Source: Hormoscilla sp. | GTDB lineage: Bacteria > Cyanobacteriota > Cyanobacteriia > Cyanobacteriales > Desertifilaceae | Reading direction: 5' to 3' | NCBI GenBank assembly: GCA_051439505.1 | Contig: JBFRWI010000028.1 | Coordinates: 1 to 52,055, forward strand | DNA length: 52,055 bases | Part shown: one piece after another, positions 51,929-52,055 of the stretch | How positions within the stretch are numbered: the first letter of the stretch is position 1 | How the letters are laid out: every line of letters begins with the position of its first letter | The notes under the pieces: generated by a model | Seen by the model: only the letters and a program-made list of their open reading frames with translations | Told to the model about the DNA's origin: nothing | The model's database searches: none | Program-made: the position numbers and the translations under genes

Positions 51929-52055
<127 letters not shown>

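Overview
Chromosomal window from a cyanobacterium, probably a filamentous motile one (inference from the frequent HIP1 octamer GCGATCGC, cyanobacterial-type tmRNA and 6S RNA, and an hps hormogonium-polysaccharide/minor-pilin locus). Housekeeping genes include ndbB, pyrB, rpmB, htpG, clpB, gloA, eno, ssrA and ssrS. Accessory loci are a DUF433/DUF5615 PIN pair, a TpsB transporter, an FG-GAP/Calx-beta adhesin-like protein, a cheR-cheW-MCP cluster followed by a PstS-like lipoprotein and a frameshifted kinase, hpsA-B-C-D plus another pilin, and a sulfotransferase/DUF2264/GT2/hpsE block. Three genes are broken: a ferritin-like gene, a creatininase-family gene and the histidine kinase. The most unusual content is non-coding. 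At least three MITE families have readable terminal repeats and target-site duplications and carry nested small repeats. One 150-bp MITE sits in frame inside the cleavable prepilin leader of hpsB, and a partial copy is in frame in the TpsB gene. The 6S RNA gene is split by a ~326-bp direct-repeat-flanked insert in its apical region. A dispersed palindromic repeat has six half-units, each carrying a different 32-37 nt loop between G and C runs. No transposase, integrase, cas gene, CRISPR array, tRNA or rRNA was found. All family names come from recognising motifs, not from database searches.
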